A DNA stretch of 63,863 bases, the filler included, from Welwitschia mirabilis (lineage: Eukaryota): assembly GCA_051453625.1 (NCBI GenBank). It is 4 parts of one record of this genome, joined end to end, with 100 filler letters (N's around TTAATTAATTAA, not from the genome) between each part and the next. Parts side by side here need not be neighbours in the genome. Positions count along the whole stretch, not along the records: positions 60,466 to 63,863 come from JBOZIK010000001.1; 3 more parts are not named here. One strand, written 5' to 3'. The position numbers and the translations under genes are program-made. The notes beneath the pieces were generated by a model. The model did no database searches, was not told the origin of the DNA, and saw only the letters and a list, made by a program, of their open reading frames with translations. Positions 63,201 to 63,863 of the stretch are shown here, one piece after another; the stretch's first letter is position 1, and every line of letters starts with the position of its first letter.

Positions 63201-63863
63201 AACAGTGTTTTATTTTTTATTAAAAAAGAAAAAGAAAAAAAAGGCAAGAAACATTAAAAAAATTAATTTTAGGAGTTATGTACAAGCATGTTTTTCTTGT
63301 TTCATGTTTTTTTCTTAGAATTATTAGATTCATTCTTATAATATACTTTTTATAAATTATCAGAAAATTTTCATTTCTTACATTTTATGTTTTTACATTT
63401 CTTGAATGTTATCTATGTTCTTAAAGTAGAATTGTTATTGGTAAGAATGATGACATCTGATACCATGATATTATGTTTCTTTGGATTCATAAAGACAGTT
63501 GCATACATTCAAAAAAAAATAATTAAGATTTAATATGTCAGACTTAAAATTTTAAAAAGAAAAGTATTCTTTCAATATGATGAGATAAGTATCAAGCCAA
63601 TAGTGTAAGTCAGATTCTAATCAAGTAAGATACAATGAATTTACATTCCCAGTAACTACTTTAAATGTTTGATTATTTGCTAGGGACTAGCAATGTTTGG
63701 GTTTAGGAAAAAATAATAAGGTAAAACTTTACATTACAAATAACATATTTTATATAGTTGGATGTTAAACCTAGAATTACTCTTTGGTTTACATAAATAA
63801 TAGAAACTATCTTTCATGTTTAGACATTACTTTAGAATTATAATTTAGGATTACATATTGATT

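Overview
This is AT-rich, CpG-depleted, gap-containing eukaryotic (land plant) DNA. It carries one clear host gene: condensin subunit SMC2 on the + strand (ATG 29851, predicted stop 49372). 19 exons are visible; about 63 aa of the hinge/coiled-coil region are missing, probably lost in a 100-N gap. Two introns are inflated by transposons and two have GC-AG boundaries. A predicted 31-nt last exon adds a C-terminal tail with CDK, D-box and KEN-like motifs. The promoter is CpG-rich with E2F, CHR-like and MSA-like sites. The rest is nested, decayed transposons: Sirevirus-like Copia with env-like ORFs, Tnt1/Tork-like Copia, Athila-like and CRM-like Gypsy remnants, two head-to-head L1 LINEs of one family, tRNA-derived SINEs (one dimeric), hAT-type MITEs and several tandem repeats. 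I saw no prokaryotic-type system, CRISPR array or intact RNA gene. All calls come from manual reading and recalled motifs, not database searches, and most TE boundaries are approximate unless a TSD or TIR is quoted.
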